Source: Cycas panzhihuaensis (Eukaryota > Plantae > Cycadophyta). From it: a stretch of 64,000 bases of DNA. Where the stretch lies: positions 88,419,741 through 88,483,740 of the forward strand of contig CM041465.1 of the NCBI GenBank assembly GCA_023213395.1. The letters run 5' to 3'. A model generated the notes under the pieces. It saw nothing but the letters and a program-made list of their open reading frames with translations. It was not told where the DNA came from and did not search any database. The position numbers and the translations under genes are program-made. Every line of letters begins with the position of its first letter. The stretch's first letter is position 1. This document shows positions 37,608 through 51,400 of the stretch, piece after piece.

Positions 37608-40308
37608 ATGGGTCATCTATTCGGGGAATTGGGTACTTATTCTTGATAGTAAACTTATTGAGGCCTCTATAATATACACACATAAAGTATGACCCATCTT
37701 TCTTCCGACTTAAGATAATTAGAGATGCAAAAGGGTTAGAATTGGGAGTAATGTACCCCTATTGCAAAAGTTCTTGGGTAATTCGTTCAATCTCCCGTTT
37801 GAAGTGATATGCATGCCGATATGGTCGAATGTTTACTGGTGTGGCTCCCAATACTAAACTCATATTGTGCTCACATCCTCAGTTTAACAATAACCCCTAA
37901 GGTGGGTCTTCAAAGACTTTAATGTATTGGTTCATGATAGTTTATGCTTCCTTTGGAACATCCTCAATTGAAATTTTATAGCACGTCATCAAATATGAGG
38001 CTAGAATTTTCCTTAATAACTTCTCCATCCGATGCAATGTTACTAGTTGTGTAAGCGATGTGGGCAATGCTTACAACTTGTACTTGTGTCCCTTTCGAAG
38101 AAAACTTATAAAGTTTGTGTTGTAGTTGGTAACAATATTCCTAAGATTCTATAACTGTTGGATGCCAAGAACTATGTCGATGATTCCTATTGGCATAGTG
38201 AATATGCTTGTGTTGATGGAGTAAGCTACTATTTGTAAGCGCATTCTATTGTAAAATCCTCCACATAGCATACTCTTTTCGTAAACAATTATGACTTAGA
38301 ACTACTTGAGCAATTTTATTTGAAGACCAATCTTAGTTATTATAGGCCTATTAACGAAGTTGAGTGCTACTACTATCCACAAGAACTGATATCTTTGTGT
38401 TTATTTATCATCCCTTCAAACCAAAGCACCTAAGGGGTGTTGACCTCTCATGTAATGACCTGCAATGATATATATACATTTTCCGCATTAATCTCATTAA
38501 GGAACTCCTCGATTTCTACTTCATCATTGATTGGGAGCGACTCTTCTGCAGAATCATCTGTGTCAGGAAGATTTGTATCTTCATTATTGATCATGAGAAC
38601 CTTTTTGGCTGGAGACTTGTGGTCATAACTCTATTTCCCATTGCAATGAAGCACGCTCCTCGTTATTTGTTTGGCCTTGAATAGTTTCCTCTTGGTTGGT
38701 CCACTTTACTTTTCTTGTGAAAGTGTCAACCCTCTTTTGTGCGTGAGCAGTACTAGTTGGTTTGGCTACTTTGACCTTCATAGATGAAAGATTCATTATT
38801 ACGAATGTAACTCTACCTAATTTTCTAGAATTCAACTTCAATATTCCTTGCTTGGCAAATTGCTTCTCTTAAGGTTTGTACTCCCATTGTTTTCAGGCAT
38901 AACTTAATAGTCCCTTTAAGCCCTGCAATCTATGATTCCAATAGTAATACAGGTCGACTTTAGTGGTGATCAAGCTCTATAGCCTCTGAAATTGTTTGAT
39001 GTAGGCCTACACTGAACCAGTCTATTGTAATTACATAAGTTTGGCAAAATGGTCCATGTTCTAAGTGTCCTCATAGTGCTCTATCAACAATGTCTTTAGG
39101 AAGTCCCAATTGTAATGTGTCGTTCCTTGGTAATCTTTATTCCACTAGTAGATCCATTTAAGCGCCTTCCCATATAAGTGTACAAATGCCACCATGACCT
39201 TGTCCTTCTCAGTTCCCATATTCATCTAAAAGTACATATCCATTTGGATTATCCAACTTCGAATGTCCTTTGATTTCTTTGGGTCTTTCGAAGAGGAATT
39301 TGGAATCCCTAAGACCATGTTTGGGTCTACTTTGCCTAAATTCACCTTCCTTTTCATGATGAGAATCCTCCCATTTACTAGAGGATCCATGGTCATCACT
39401 GTGGTTGTCTATTTTTCTGTCTAATCCCTATACGGCTTTATGTATAAAGCTAAATTTCTTTCTGTTTTCTTCGTTCTAAAGTCTTATCTCTACCCTCATT
39501 CCATTAAGTTAGATTACTACATCGTTCCGTATCTCTACCCTCATTTCATCGACTACTACATCATTTTGTATATTAACCATTTCATCGTCTTAAGCATCTA
39601 TTCTTCGAGCCATGTCATCTACTGATGCTTACGACTAATTCACCATCTTGCTTGGTGCAAGTGTCATCCCAGATCTCAACTCCGTTATGTGGTTAAAATG
39701 TTTGGGTCCCTTTTACACTAAGATATCGCTGAAATTTGCTATTAGGCAATTGTTTGTGACACAATGCTAGCAGATCCTGACCTCCAACATGAGGCTCTGA
39801 TACCACTTATGGGAATTCACACCTCAAACACAGATAATATCCACATGCAAGACTATCTTCCAGGCTTTTACATAGGTAAACAAGCACTAAAAACACATAT
39901 TGAAGTGATAAAGCACAATATCCATGGCTTTATGATCCAAATAGACTAAATATTAATGTGAAGTAATACTAACACCAATAAGGTATGTACAAAAGATACC
40001 AAACTTACAATAAATAAAGTGGAGTCAATGGCTTCCTCTTCGAGGTGAGGCGTCCTCCCAAAATGACTCCTTAAGGCTGAAAATATGGTACATATAGAAC
40101 CCGAAATTGCTGATAAAATCCTAGTCCGGAAGGGCTCTATACATAGGCAGCCAGATCCATATTAGGGAAGTCGGCCAAAAGATAGGGTAAAGTAGGCCAA
40201 AATAAATAATTGAAGCCAACCAGTCTACTCAATGAAGATGGCCATAAAATAATGTCCAAGTCAATGAGTAACTTGACTAGGCATTTGGAGAAGGGACCCT
40301 ATACACTT

Positions 40309-41200
40309 AACCAGTTGGCCAAGATTAGATAGGATTTATGCTAGGCAAGCATACACCAACAAGCTTTTGGCATGTCAAAGCAACGACTTTATATGCCACT
40401 AAAATTCTGTTGTGGGTTAAAAAAGGACCTAATTGATGCATGAACTATGAGAAATAGGCAAGGAAAAGACTTAGTTAATTTATGGGACTTGGACTTCGTG
40501 TAAGTGGATGTACAAGATATAGGCAGAAGTCCTAGTCATAAAAGGTAGTGCAAAATTCTTGTTAGAGAAGATTTTGCTTTATAAAACCATCAAGAAGATT
40601 TTGCTTTATAAAACCTTCAATGAAAATGCACACTTCCAAGGATACCCCCTTAGCCTCATGCCCACATGCGAAGCACTTAAAGATCAACGACATGCCCAAG
40701 AATTTTGATTGGGGTCAATCAGAAATGCACATCCGCCAAAAAGATGGAGGTATCCATTTTGAGGTAAACCAACTTCTTTGGCAAAAATATGACCCCCTTA
40801 GAAAGTGTGCAACCTCTTCTTTATGAGGGTCATATAGCCATACTGCTAACTAATGAGGGTGTATAGCTAACTTGGAGATTAAGAGAAACAACCCTACATA
40901 AGGCTACACTAATGAGGCATTTAGGAGAATGCACTTTGGGCATATTTTTGGACTAATTTTTCTCCTAATATGATTGTTAAAACTGAAGCCTTTAGAGGGC
41001 AATTTTGGACAACGTTTATTGGGCATGTTTAAGGCTACATGATCTAGACATAAGGCTATGCTTATGTTGAATTATAGAGGGTTTGGGCAATACTAACAAC
41101 GTTGGTCCACTCTTATGCCATCTTCTAGAAGTAACTGACATGAGAATTGTGCATGTGGTTGCTTGAGTCTAGTACTAGATGAGTTTTATATCCCTTCCTA
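40309..41200 (+). pseudogene. Continuation of the old plus-strand Gypsy remnant (RT-RNaseH connection onward)
   Basis: Resumes directly after the TSD of element A with LNQLAK...HQQAF-like sequence; heavily decayed. Confidence 0.5.
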
Positions 41201-42453
41201 CATTAAAATGATCATAGGACTTGTGTAATACTAATAGCATGTGGCTAAAAACCTATTTTCTAGTTGTAGATTTTGTCCACGTGTTTTCCACTTTGAAAGG
41301 ACATTACTCGAATAGATGAGGGAGTCCGAATAGGGTTTGATGAGATGATCAACAAGCATTTTTTATGTGTGAGAAGTAGGTACATAGAAAATACACATTG
41401 AGAGGTATTCATGATGGGGAAATTGATTTGATATAGAGGACACACAAGACTAGGGATTATAATAAGGGATTGGTTGGACAATTAAAAATCTTATTAGATA
41501 AAGATTTTATAGGAGATAGATACAAGATTAGTGCTAGACCCTGTTTGTGGGAAAGGAGTTATGATAGTGGTCCTAAGAAGGTTGTAAAAGACGACTTCCT
41601 CAGAGATGAAACTAAGTGAGAATTGGGACCTAGACAATGGGACTGAAGTGGGACTGAGATATCTCCCACAAAGAATTGGGAATTGAAGGATTTAGGTATT
41701 AAATCAACTATGGGATAATTTTAGACACGAGAAGGACCTTTTAAAGTAATGGAATGAGGAAATTCAAGAGGAACGATAAAACTACCAAAGCAAATGGACG
41801 TGCAAAACAAGATTAGGAAATATGCCAAATGCCTTGTTGGATTTACTTGATTGCTTGGACTCTTTCTCAAGTTGCTTAGGTTCTTCATACCACTCTTTGG
41901 ATTCTTCTATCTCCATTGGATCCTCTTTCGATTGCTCGTCAACAGGTTCATGTTGCTCTTGCATAAGTTATTCATCATTTAAATCATTTTGTTCTACTAT
42001 GTCTTCTTTGATTGCAACTTCCTCATCTTACTCCCAATCCCCTACATCCTCATATTATACGTTCACTTGTGTTGGTTCTCCAATTAAAATTTCTAGATTG
42101 TCTTTTTGATGAAATCCCCTTAGTTTTTCAAGGAATTTTTTAACAAAATTTTCCAAATCCACAAAATCTTCTAAGGCAGTCTGCACGTTGTTAGCCATCT
42201 CAAATGGCTCAATCTGCATTGACTATTAGTCCCCTCAAATGTAACTTCAGACAGCAATTTCTCTTACAAATATTTATCAAAAATGCTCATGTGATAGCTC
42301 ATTTCAAACATCTTTGAACAAGGATTCCAATGGTTTAGACAGAATCGAATTATGACACATGTAGCAAAGCTTATGACAAGAAATATACACCTTACTTATC
42401 AAATGTCACAAAACTTAAAAAAAGGGGTTTAGGCCCTTAAGACTTAGCCACCT

Positions 42454-45400
42454 TGTAGCAATCTCGCAGAATTTTATTAATAGATATAGTGCAAAATAAA
42501 CAAAACAACCACTAATGCACTTGCAAAATATTCAATCAAGAGGATAATAATATAAATCTACTTGAATACTTCTTGTATATAAATATAAAACAGTGTGAAA
42601 CGAACATAAACTAAATAAATACAATGTTACCAAATGATCCCGCAAATACTGCTAATAACGAATCCTTCTTCGAGGCAAGGTTCCCTCCATAAAGCTCCCT
42701 AGAAGGGCAAAATATATGGCAGTCCAAGGCTTCTCTGATGATGCCCAAATGAGGCCCCAAACCCTCCTTAAGTAGGCAACTAAAAGATACTAATAGAAGT
42801 CAGCTAAAAAAAGGGTATAAACTTGCCCAAAACCAAGGTTGGAAGTCGGCCAAAACTTTCCCAAAAACTAGCAGGTTGAAAACTTCAAACAGCCATATTT
42901 TTTGTTATAGATGTCGGAATTGACTTTCGTCTGAACCTTGGAATTCTGGTTCAGAGACCTTCAATTTGAATGGTTAAATGGTATAGTTTTGACTAGATTC
43001 CAAGGTGTTTGGAATGCTACAAGTCCCTCCCCTTCAAAACATGCTTTGCCCTCAAAGCATAGGTAAATCTGGATGTTGTTGATGCCATTCATTTGATTTC
43101 CACGCTGCTTCCTCTACGTTTAAGTTCTTCCATTTGACTAGATATTAATGGATATTCCTGGATCATAATTTCTTTGTATGAATCTAGAGGATGCCTTCTA
43201 GATTGATAATGACCTTGCCTTCTTCATCTAGTTCTGGTAACTTTGTTTAAGGAGAAATGTTTGGTCCAAGTTTTTTCTTGAGGCATGAAACATGGAAGAC
43301 AATATCAATTCAACTTTACGACAATGCCAACCTGTATGCGACCTCTCCTATTTTCTCCAAGATCTGGTATGGACCAAAAAATTTGGGTTGTAATTATTGC
43401 TTCCCTATGCACCTTATAATAGATTGCTTATAAGGTTGGGGCCTCAAGAATACCCAATCTCCTTCAAAAAAGGATCTTTTTGACCTATGTAAGTCAGTTT
43501 GTTGTTTCATCCAATTTCTGGCTATGTTTAAATTATCCCTTAATATCTCAAGTGTCTTGTTCATCTGTTCCTGTTGTTCTTGAATTGATTGGACTCTTGA
43601 GATCTTTGCACATGTGAGTATTGATGGAGGTTCGAACCCATATAGTGCCTTGAACGAACTCATTCTTGCCAATGTGTGATGTGGTATTATACCAACATTT
43701 CGCTAGATGGAGCCACTTGTGCCAAAGTTGTTGTTTGTCCGATGTGAAGTTTCGTAAATAACCTTCTAAGCATTTATGTACTACCTCTGTTTGGCCATCT
43801 ATCTAGGGATGATATGATATACTCATTGATAATTTCATGCCTACAGATTTGAATAAGTCTTGCCAAAAGTGGCTAGTGAATTTTGGGTCCTCATCATTGA
43901 TTATGATTTAGGGAACCCATGCAGTCAATGCATTTCTTTCATGAAGACTTTTGCAATTTGGCTAGCCTTTGTTGTCGATTGAATCTCCCTAAAATAAGCA
44001 TATTTTGTTAATATGTCAAGAACGACAAAAATAGCATCCTTACCTTCTAACTTGGGTAGTCCCATAATGAAGTCCATTAAGATTTCCTCCCATTTCTATT
44101 GTGGTACATGCAATGGTTGTAGTAACTCGGGGATTTTCACACTTTTGACCTTGTTCCTTTGGCAAGTATCACATTCGATCACAAACTTGTAGGCAACCGC
44201 TTGCATTTCTTTCCAGAAAAATGTGTCCCGTAATCTACAATAGGTCTTGTCAATCCCAATATGACCTGAAGTAGGAATGGAATGTGCTTCCTCGAGTATT
44301 TTTTACTTTAGTGTTGATGCTATTGGTACAAAGATTTTCCCTTTTCATAAGATGAGGTCTCCCTATAGTTCATATTTCGTTTGTTGTCCTTTTTTAATTT
44401 GCTTGAGTGCTTCTAAAGTTGTCGAGTCTTTTTGATATTCTTGAGTGAGTTCCCCTATCTAGTCAGGGGTTGCTATAGAAATGGCTTGAGGGCAAATTCT
44501 TCCTTCTTTTCATCTGATATTCAAGATAGAGCATCTACAATCATATTTTCTTTTCCCTTTTTGTATAAAATGGTAAAATCAAAGCTTTGGAGTTTCCTCA
44601 CCCATTTCTATCATTCATCTGATGAAGTCTTTTGATTAAGGAAATACTTTAGGCTGTCGTGGTCCGTTTTGACCATGAAAGTGTTTCCCAACAAATACCA
44701 CTGCCATTAATAAATGGCATGCATGATTGCAAGCATTTCCTTATCATAAATCTGTTTAAGTCGTTCCCAGTTATTTAGCTTGCGCCTTTCATATGCTAAA
44801 TGTCGTTCATTTTGGAGGAGGACTACTCCTACCCCTGTTTCTGATGTGTCACATTCTAATATGAATGGTTGAGAGAAGTTTGGCATTGCAAGGACTAAGG
44901 TTGTGGTCATTGTCGTCTTTAGCCTTTGGAAAGCATCCTCTAGTAATGGATTCCACAAAAAAAACATCCTTTTTTGTTAGCTCAGTTAGAGGAGAAGTAA
45001 TATGTGCAGATCCTTTGATGAATCTACGGAGAAACCCTGTTGCTCCTAAAAAGGCTCTTACTCCCATTACATCTTTTGGTGTTAGGCAATCCATGATAGC
45101 CTAGACCTTTTTGGGGTCCATCTTGATGCCCTCTTGTGTTATGATATGGCCTAGGTACTCCAACTCGATCTTTCCAAAAGAGCATTTGTTCTTATTCACA
45201 AAGAACTGATTGTCTTCCAAAATTTATGTCTGACCTTGATATGGTGGAGATGTTCCTTCCATATGGAGTTGTAAATAAGGATGTCATCAAAGAAGACAAG
45301 TACAATTTTTTGTAAGAATGGCTTGCGTATTGAGTTCACGATACTCTGGAAAGTAGCTTGGGCATTTGTTAACCCAAACAGCATAGCTCGAAATTCAAAA

Positions 45401-48400
45401 AGACCTTCATGGGTATGAAAGGCGGTTTTGTACACATCGTCCTCTTTAATACGAATTTGAAAGAAACCTGAACAGAGGTCAATTATCAAGAAGTATTTTG
45501 TACCATGCATTTCATCCAATAAGTCATCAATATGTGGACTTGGGTAACGATTTTTTACCGTTATCTTATTTAGCCCTTAAACTATCTTTTTTCCTATTTA
45601 ATATGACCAAGGATGCAAAAGGGCTCATGCTTGCTAAGATATAACCCTATTGTAAAAGTACATTGGTGATTTGCTCGATCACCCTTTTGAGGTGGTAGGG
45701 GTGGCAATATGGCTGAACATTTACTAGAGATGAGCCCGGGATCAATTCAATAGGGTGTTGATAGCCTCTGTCTGGTGGTAGTCCTTGAGGTGGGTCCTCA
45801 AAAATCCAACCGTATTCATCTATAATAGATTGGACTTCTGCTAGCACATCTTCTATCTACACCTCGTAGCATGTCATGACATAGGCAAGTGAATTCTTCT
45901 TTGGTATTTTCTCCATTCGATGGGATGACACCAATTGTTTTAGGGGTATAGGGGTTGCCCGTAATGTGTATCTACGGCCCTTTGTGCAAAGCTCATGAAC
46001 CGTGTTCTATAATTAGTAATGATATTTCCCAAGGTCTGCAACCATTGAATTCCTAGAATGACATCGACTCTTCCTATTGGCATAGCGAACATGCATGTTG
46101 TTGTGGAGTATTCCCCAATTTGGAGGTTCACCTTAGGGCAATATCCTCCACAAGTCATAGTCTTCCCATTTGCGATGGATACCTAAATAACATTAAGTGC
46201 TTGGATTTGTAAACCCAATTTTTCTACTATAGTTTTATTGATAAAATTATGCATACTCCTGCTATCCACCAGAATTGCCACTCGTGATCCTTTGATGATT
46301 CCCTAAAATCGTAGTGTTTGTGGGGTCGTAACATCTCTTGTAATCGCTTGCAAGGAAATTTGGACATTTTTGGTGCCGATGTTAAGGAGTTTTTGAATTT
46401 TGGCCTCATTCGGCTCTTCTAGTGATGGTCCTTCATCGTCTTCCAGTTATGGGATGTCGCCCTATCCGTTATTGATCATGAATACTTTTTTTGAAGGGCA
46501 TTGATGGTCCTTATTCCATTTTGCTCCACATTTATAGTAGGCCCCTTGTTTTTGGTGTTCCTGTCTTGGTAGCTTGCTTGGGTCAATATTTCCCCTGTCC
46601 ACTAGTGGGGCATCCACTTTTGTACCCAATTTATTCCAATTTGGTTGAAAATTGGAGTTTTGTTAGGTGGCAGATTCATTTCTTCAGAAGTAGCTTGTTT
46701 GACCTTCCTTGAATTTTGCTTCTACGTTCCTTGCTTATCATATTACTTCATTCAGTGTAATAGCTATTAATGTTTTCAAGCGGTATTTAATATTTGCCCT
46801 AAGTCCCATAATATATGTTTGGATAAGCAGAGCTTCTAGCATTTTATGGTCAACCAAGCTATGTAAAGTCTAGAATTGTTCTGAAGCGAACAATTTCCTC
46901 TGTCACTCGCTGGTTCCCAAATTGTCAATGAAAAGTCCATTGAAACGTCACAAATGGTAGCAAAAGTACAAAAGATAGTAAATACACCAGTCAAAATGGA
47001 CAAGGAATGCAATCTGCAGGGCTAGCCAATATCGCTTGGAATATGCTCGATTCACCCTATATCGTGCTTGAGATGGCCAACCCTCTTCGAGACGAGGTTA
47101 CCTCCAAAAACTACAGCCCAATGGCTGAGCTAACTGCAGCCCTAAAAGTTGAGTTTATGCTAAGAGAACAAAACCACTTGATGATTTGGAATAGGGACTC
47201 CAACCCCTATATATAGAAACATTTAATCTTCTAAAGGAAGTCGGCTAGAAATGAGATAGTTCATTAAGATTGAACCTAGCATGAAGTCAACCAGAAGATA
47301 GGCTATGATTGGTCAAAGTAGGAGAGAAATTGGGAATGTAACAAGTCCCTCCCCTCTAAAATATGCTTTGACCTCAAAGCATGGGTAGATTTGGATGTTG
47401 TTGCATCCATTCTTCTGATTCCCATGTAGCATCGTCTAAATCTAAAGTCTTTCACTTAATGGGGTATTCTTTGACCTTCATGGATCGTAATTCTTTTATT
47501 CTTATTTGTAAAATCCCATGTGGTTCAAAGATAATCTTCCCTTCTTCATCTAACTCAAGGATTATTATTTGAGGGGTTACCTTTTCCCCTACCTTCTTTT
47601 TAAGGCAAGATATGTGAAAAACATTGTGGATCTTGCTTCCTGGTGGTAATGCTAGTTGGTAAGCTACTTCCCCCATTTTCCCAGTAATTTGATAAGGTCT
47701 GAAGAATCGTAGTTCTAATTTTTGTCTATTTGTTTGTTTCATTGATGATTGCTTGTAAGGTTGGAGTCTTAAAAAGACCTAGTCTCCAACTATGAAACTC
47801 CTTTCAGATCTTTTGGTATCAGCGTGCTATTTCATTTTGTTCTGCGTTGTATTTAAATTGTCTTTCAAAATCCTCATTGTTTGCTCCACCTGTTCTTGTT
47901 ACTCGCGTATTGCTTGTACCTATGATACTTTCATCCATGAGAGTATAGATGGTGGCTCATACCCATATAATGCCTGGAAGGGTGTCACTTTTGTTGCTGT
48001 GTGGTAAGTGGTATTGTACCACCATTCAGCCAAATGGAGCCATCGATGCCAATGAGTTTACTTATCAGAAGAAAAGTTCCTCAAATATCCTTTTAGGCAT
48101 TTGTTGACTGCCTCCGTCTGTCCATCTGATGGCAGGTGGTAGGCTGTACTCATTTAATTTTGTTCGCGCTAATTTGAACAGATCCTGCCAAAAATGGCTT
48201 GTGAACTTTGGATCCCGATCATTAACTATAATTTTGGGAAATCCATGCAAATGATGTATCTTCTTCATGTATATCTTTGCTATTTGACTTGCTTTTGCCG
48301 TTGATTGTGTGCCCCTGAAATTCGCATATTTGGTTAAACTGTCTACAACTACAAATATGGCATCTTCCCCTTCAGACTGTGGGAGTCTCGTGATAAAGTC

Positions 48401-51400
48401 CATTGAGATTTCTTCCCACTTTTGATGTGGAATAGGTAATGGTTGTAGCAATCCTGGACTTTTTACACATTCACTCTTGTTTCATTGGCACGAATAGCAT
48501 TCAAATACATAGTTGAGGACGTTTACTTTTATTCCCTTCCAATAAAAAGAATTTTGGATGTTTCAGTATGTTTTATCTATTCTTGTATGTCCTGTTGTTA
48601 GCACTGAGTAAGCTTCCTCTAATATGACCTTTACTTTAGAAACCGTCATAATAAATATCTTCCTCTTCCTCAAAATTAATTCTCCTTGTAATTTGAACTT
48701 GGAAGGCTTATGGTCCTTAATTCCTTCTAATATCTTCTGTGAAAGTGGATCACTCTTATATTCCTTGATTAATTCTTGAGTCCAGTTGGGTGTAGCTATT
48801 GATAGTGCTTTCAACAAAACTTCTTCATTATTGTCCCCAGGTAGTCTTGAGAGAGCATCTACAATGACATTTTCTTTACCCTTCTTATATACTATACTGA
48901 AATCAAATGTTTGAAGCTTGTTAACCCATTACTGTTGTTCATTTGATAGTGTTTTCTAGTTTAAGAAATATTTGAGACTGTCATGATCTGTCTAAACTAT
49001 AAACGTATTCCCTAATAAGTATTGTTGCCATTGGTGTATGGCATGCATGATTGCCAACATTTCTTTGTCATAAATAGGTTTGAGTTTCTCCCTATTATTT
49101 AATTTCCTACTTTCATAAGCAATAGGTCATTCATTTTGAATTAGTACCGCCAATATCCTAAATCCTAAAGCGTCACATTCCAAAATGAACGGTTGTGAAA
49201 AATCTGGTGTTGCTAAAACTAGAGTTGTGACCATTGATTTCTTGAGTTCTTCGAAAGCACTTTCTGCTTGTGGATTCCATACAAAAGCGTCCTTTTTTGT
49301 AAGGTCCGTTAATGGGGATGCAATGTGAGCATATGCCTTTATAAATTTCTAAAGAAATCCTACTGCTCCCAAAAAACTCCTTATTCCTATCACATTTTTC
49401 AGTACTGGCCAATTAATAATGACTTGAATCTTTTTCAGATCTATTTTTATCCCTTCCTTTGTGATAACATGGCCTAAATATTCTAGCTCTTCTTTTCTGT
49501 ACATGCATTTCTTTTAATTTGCATAGAATTGATTGGACTGCAAGATTTGTGGTACTACTTTGATATGGTCTAGATGCCCTTCCCATGTTTTCCTATAGAT
49601 CAAAATGTCATCGAAGCAGACTAGCACAAATTTCTACAAAAGTGGTTTGAGAATTGAATTCATAGTACTCTAAAAAGTTGGTAGGGCATTCGTCAATCCA
49701 AATAGCATGACTTTAAACTCAAATAGTCCTTCATACATACGAAAAGTTGTTTTGTATATATCTTCCTCTCTAATACGAATCTAATAATACCCTGATTGTA
49801 AGTCGATTTTTGAGAAATATCGTGCTCTGTGTATTTCGTCTAATAAATCATCTATCCGTGGGACAGGATAACGATTCTTTACCATTAATTTGTTCAACCC
49901 TCGATAGTCTACACACATCCTATATAATCCAACTTTTTTTGGGGTTGACCACAACCGGTGATGCAAATTGGCTTGAACTAGTTGCGATGTATCCTTGACT
50001 TAATAATTCCCTTGTGATATTTTCAATTCCTCTTTTTAGATGATAGGGATGCCTATATGGTCGGATATTTACTGGAGTTGCTCCGGGTACTAGCTCAATG
50101 GAATGTTGATAATCCTGTTGTTGGGGGAGTCCCTAGGGTTCTTCAAATACTACTCTATGCTCATCTATGATCTTTGTACCTCTATTGGTGCATCTTCTAT
50201 CGCTATCTTATAACAAGTCAATATGTATGCCGATGGATTCTTCTTCAGTATTTTTTCCATGCAATGCAAAGATACTAGTTGTACTGGAGGTGTGGGTGGT
50301 GCTTGTAATCTATATTTGCACCCTTTCTGATAGAAACAATGAATCGGGTCACATAGTTGGTAACTATATTACCCAAGGCCTGTAACCACTGAATTCCCAA
50401 GTCTGTGTCTACTCCTCCTATAAGCATTCCAAACATACATGTATTTACTGAATAGTCTCCAATTTGGAGATTCACCTTATGACAGTAGCCTTCACAGGGA
50501 GTGGTCTTCCCATTTGCCATGGATACTTCAAAAGTATTCAAGGATTGTATTTTTAGTCCTAACTTCTTTGTTGTGGCCCTGTTGATAAAGTTGTGTGTGC
50601 TGCCGCTATCCACAAGTATGGCAACTGGAGCTCCTTTGATCATCCCTTGGAACCTAAGGGTTTGGGGTGTAACACTTTGTCCCGTTATGGCTTGTAGTGA
50701 GATTTGGACATTCTCAGTATTGACTTCTAAAATTCATCTACGTCTACTTCCTCTTCTTGGGTTTGATTTACTTCTTCCTGCTCTTCGTCTACTATTTCTA
50801 CTTCATCGTTATTGATCACGAATACCTTCTTTGTGGGATAATTGATGTTCTTTATTCCACTTTCCTCCACATTTAAAACAAGTCCCCTTTTTGAGATGTT
50901 CAACTTTGCTTGTTTTGTCCGTGTCTTTTATTGCTACTAGTGGGTTTACTTTTGGGCCTAATCTAGTCCAATTTGGATTGGATTCCTGTCGCAGGTATGA
51001 TTCAATTCTGCGCGAGTAGATAAACCTATGCTCTCTGAATTTTGCTTCTATGTTCTTCGCGTACTGGATTGCCTCATGAATATTTGAGGGGTTCATATTC
51101 TTAGTGCAAAATATGATTGTTCCCTTTAATTCACTAATGTATGTCTCCAGAATGTATTCTGCTGGTATTCATTCTAGTATTAGACATTGAAGCATCTGGA
51201 AAAGCTCAGTGTATTCTTGAACTGTTCCGTTTTGTTGTAATCTTGTTAACTAAGCAAAATAGTCAATGTTCCATGAATCTTCGTATTGTTTTATTAATCT
51301 TGCTTTCAGATAGTCCCATGATTCTGGATAGCCCAAATTGTTCTTTCGCCACCAATAAAACCACTCTAACGCCTTTCCATATAAATGTAGAGATGTTGTC

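Larger units (their letters stand above)
27427..40303 (-). mobile_element. Gypsy chromovirus element A (~5.65 kb net) with two nested insertions in its RT
   Basis: LTRs 27427-27921 and 39808-40303; PBS gctctgatacca 39794-39805; PPT agtccctccccc at 27922; TSD cacat/cactt; YFDDILIYS RT; C-terminal chromodomain YLIKWKTLDCKEATWE (~27995-28050). Confidence 0.93.
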
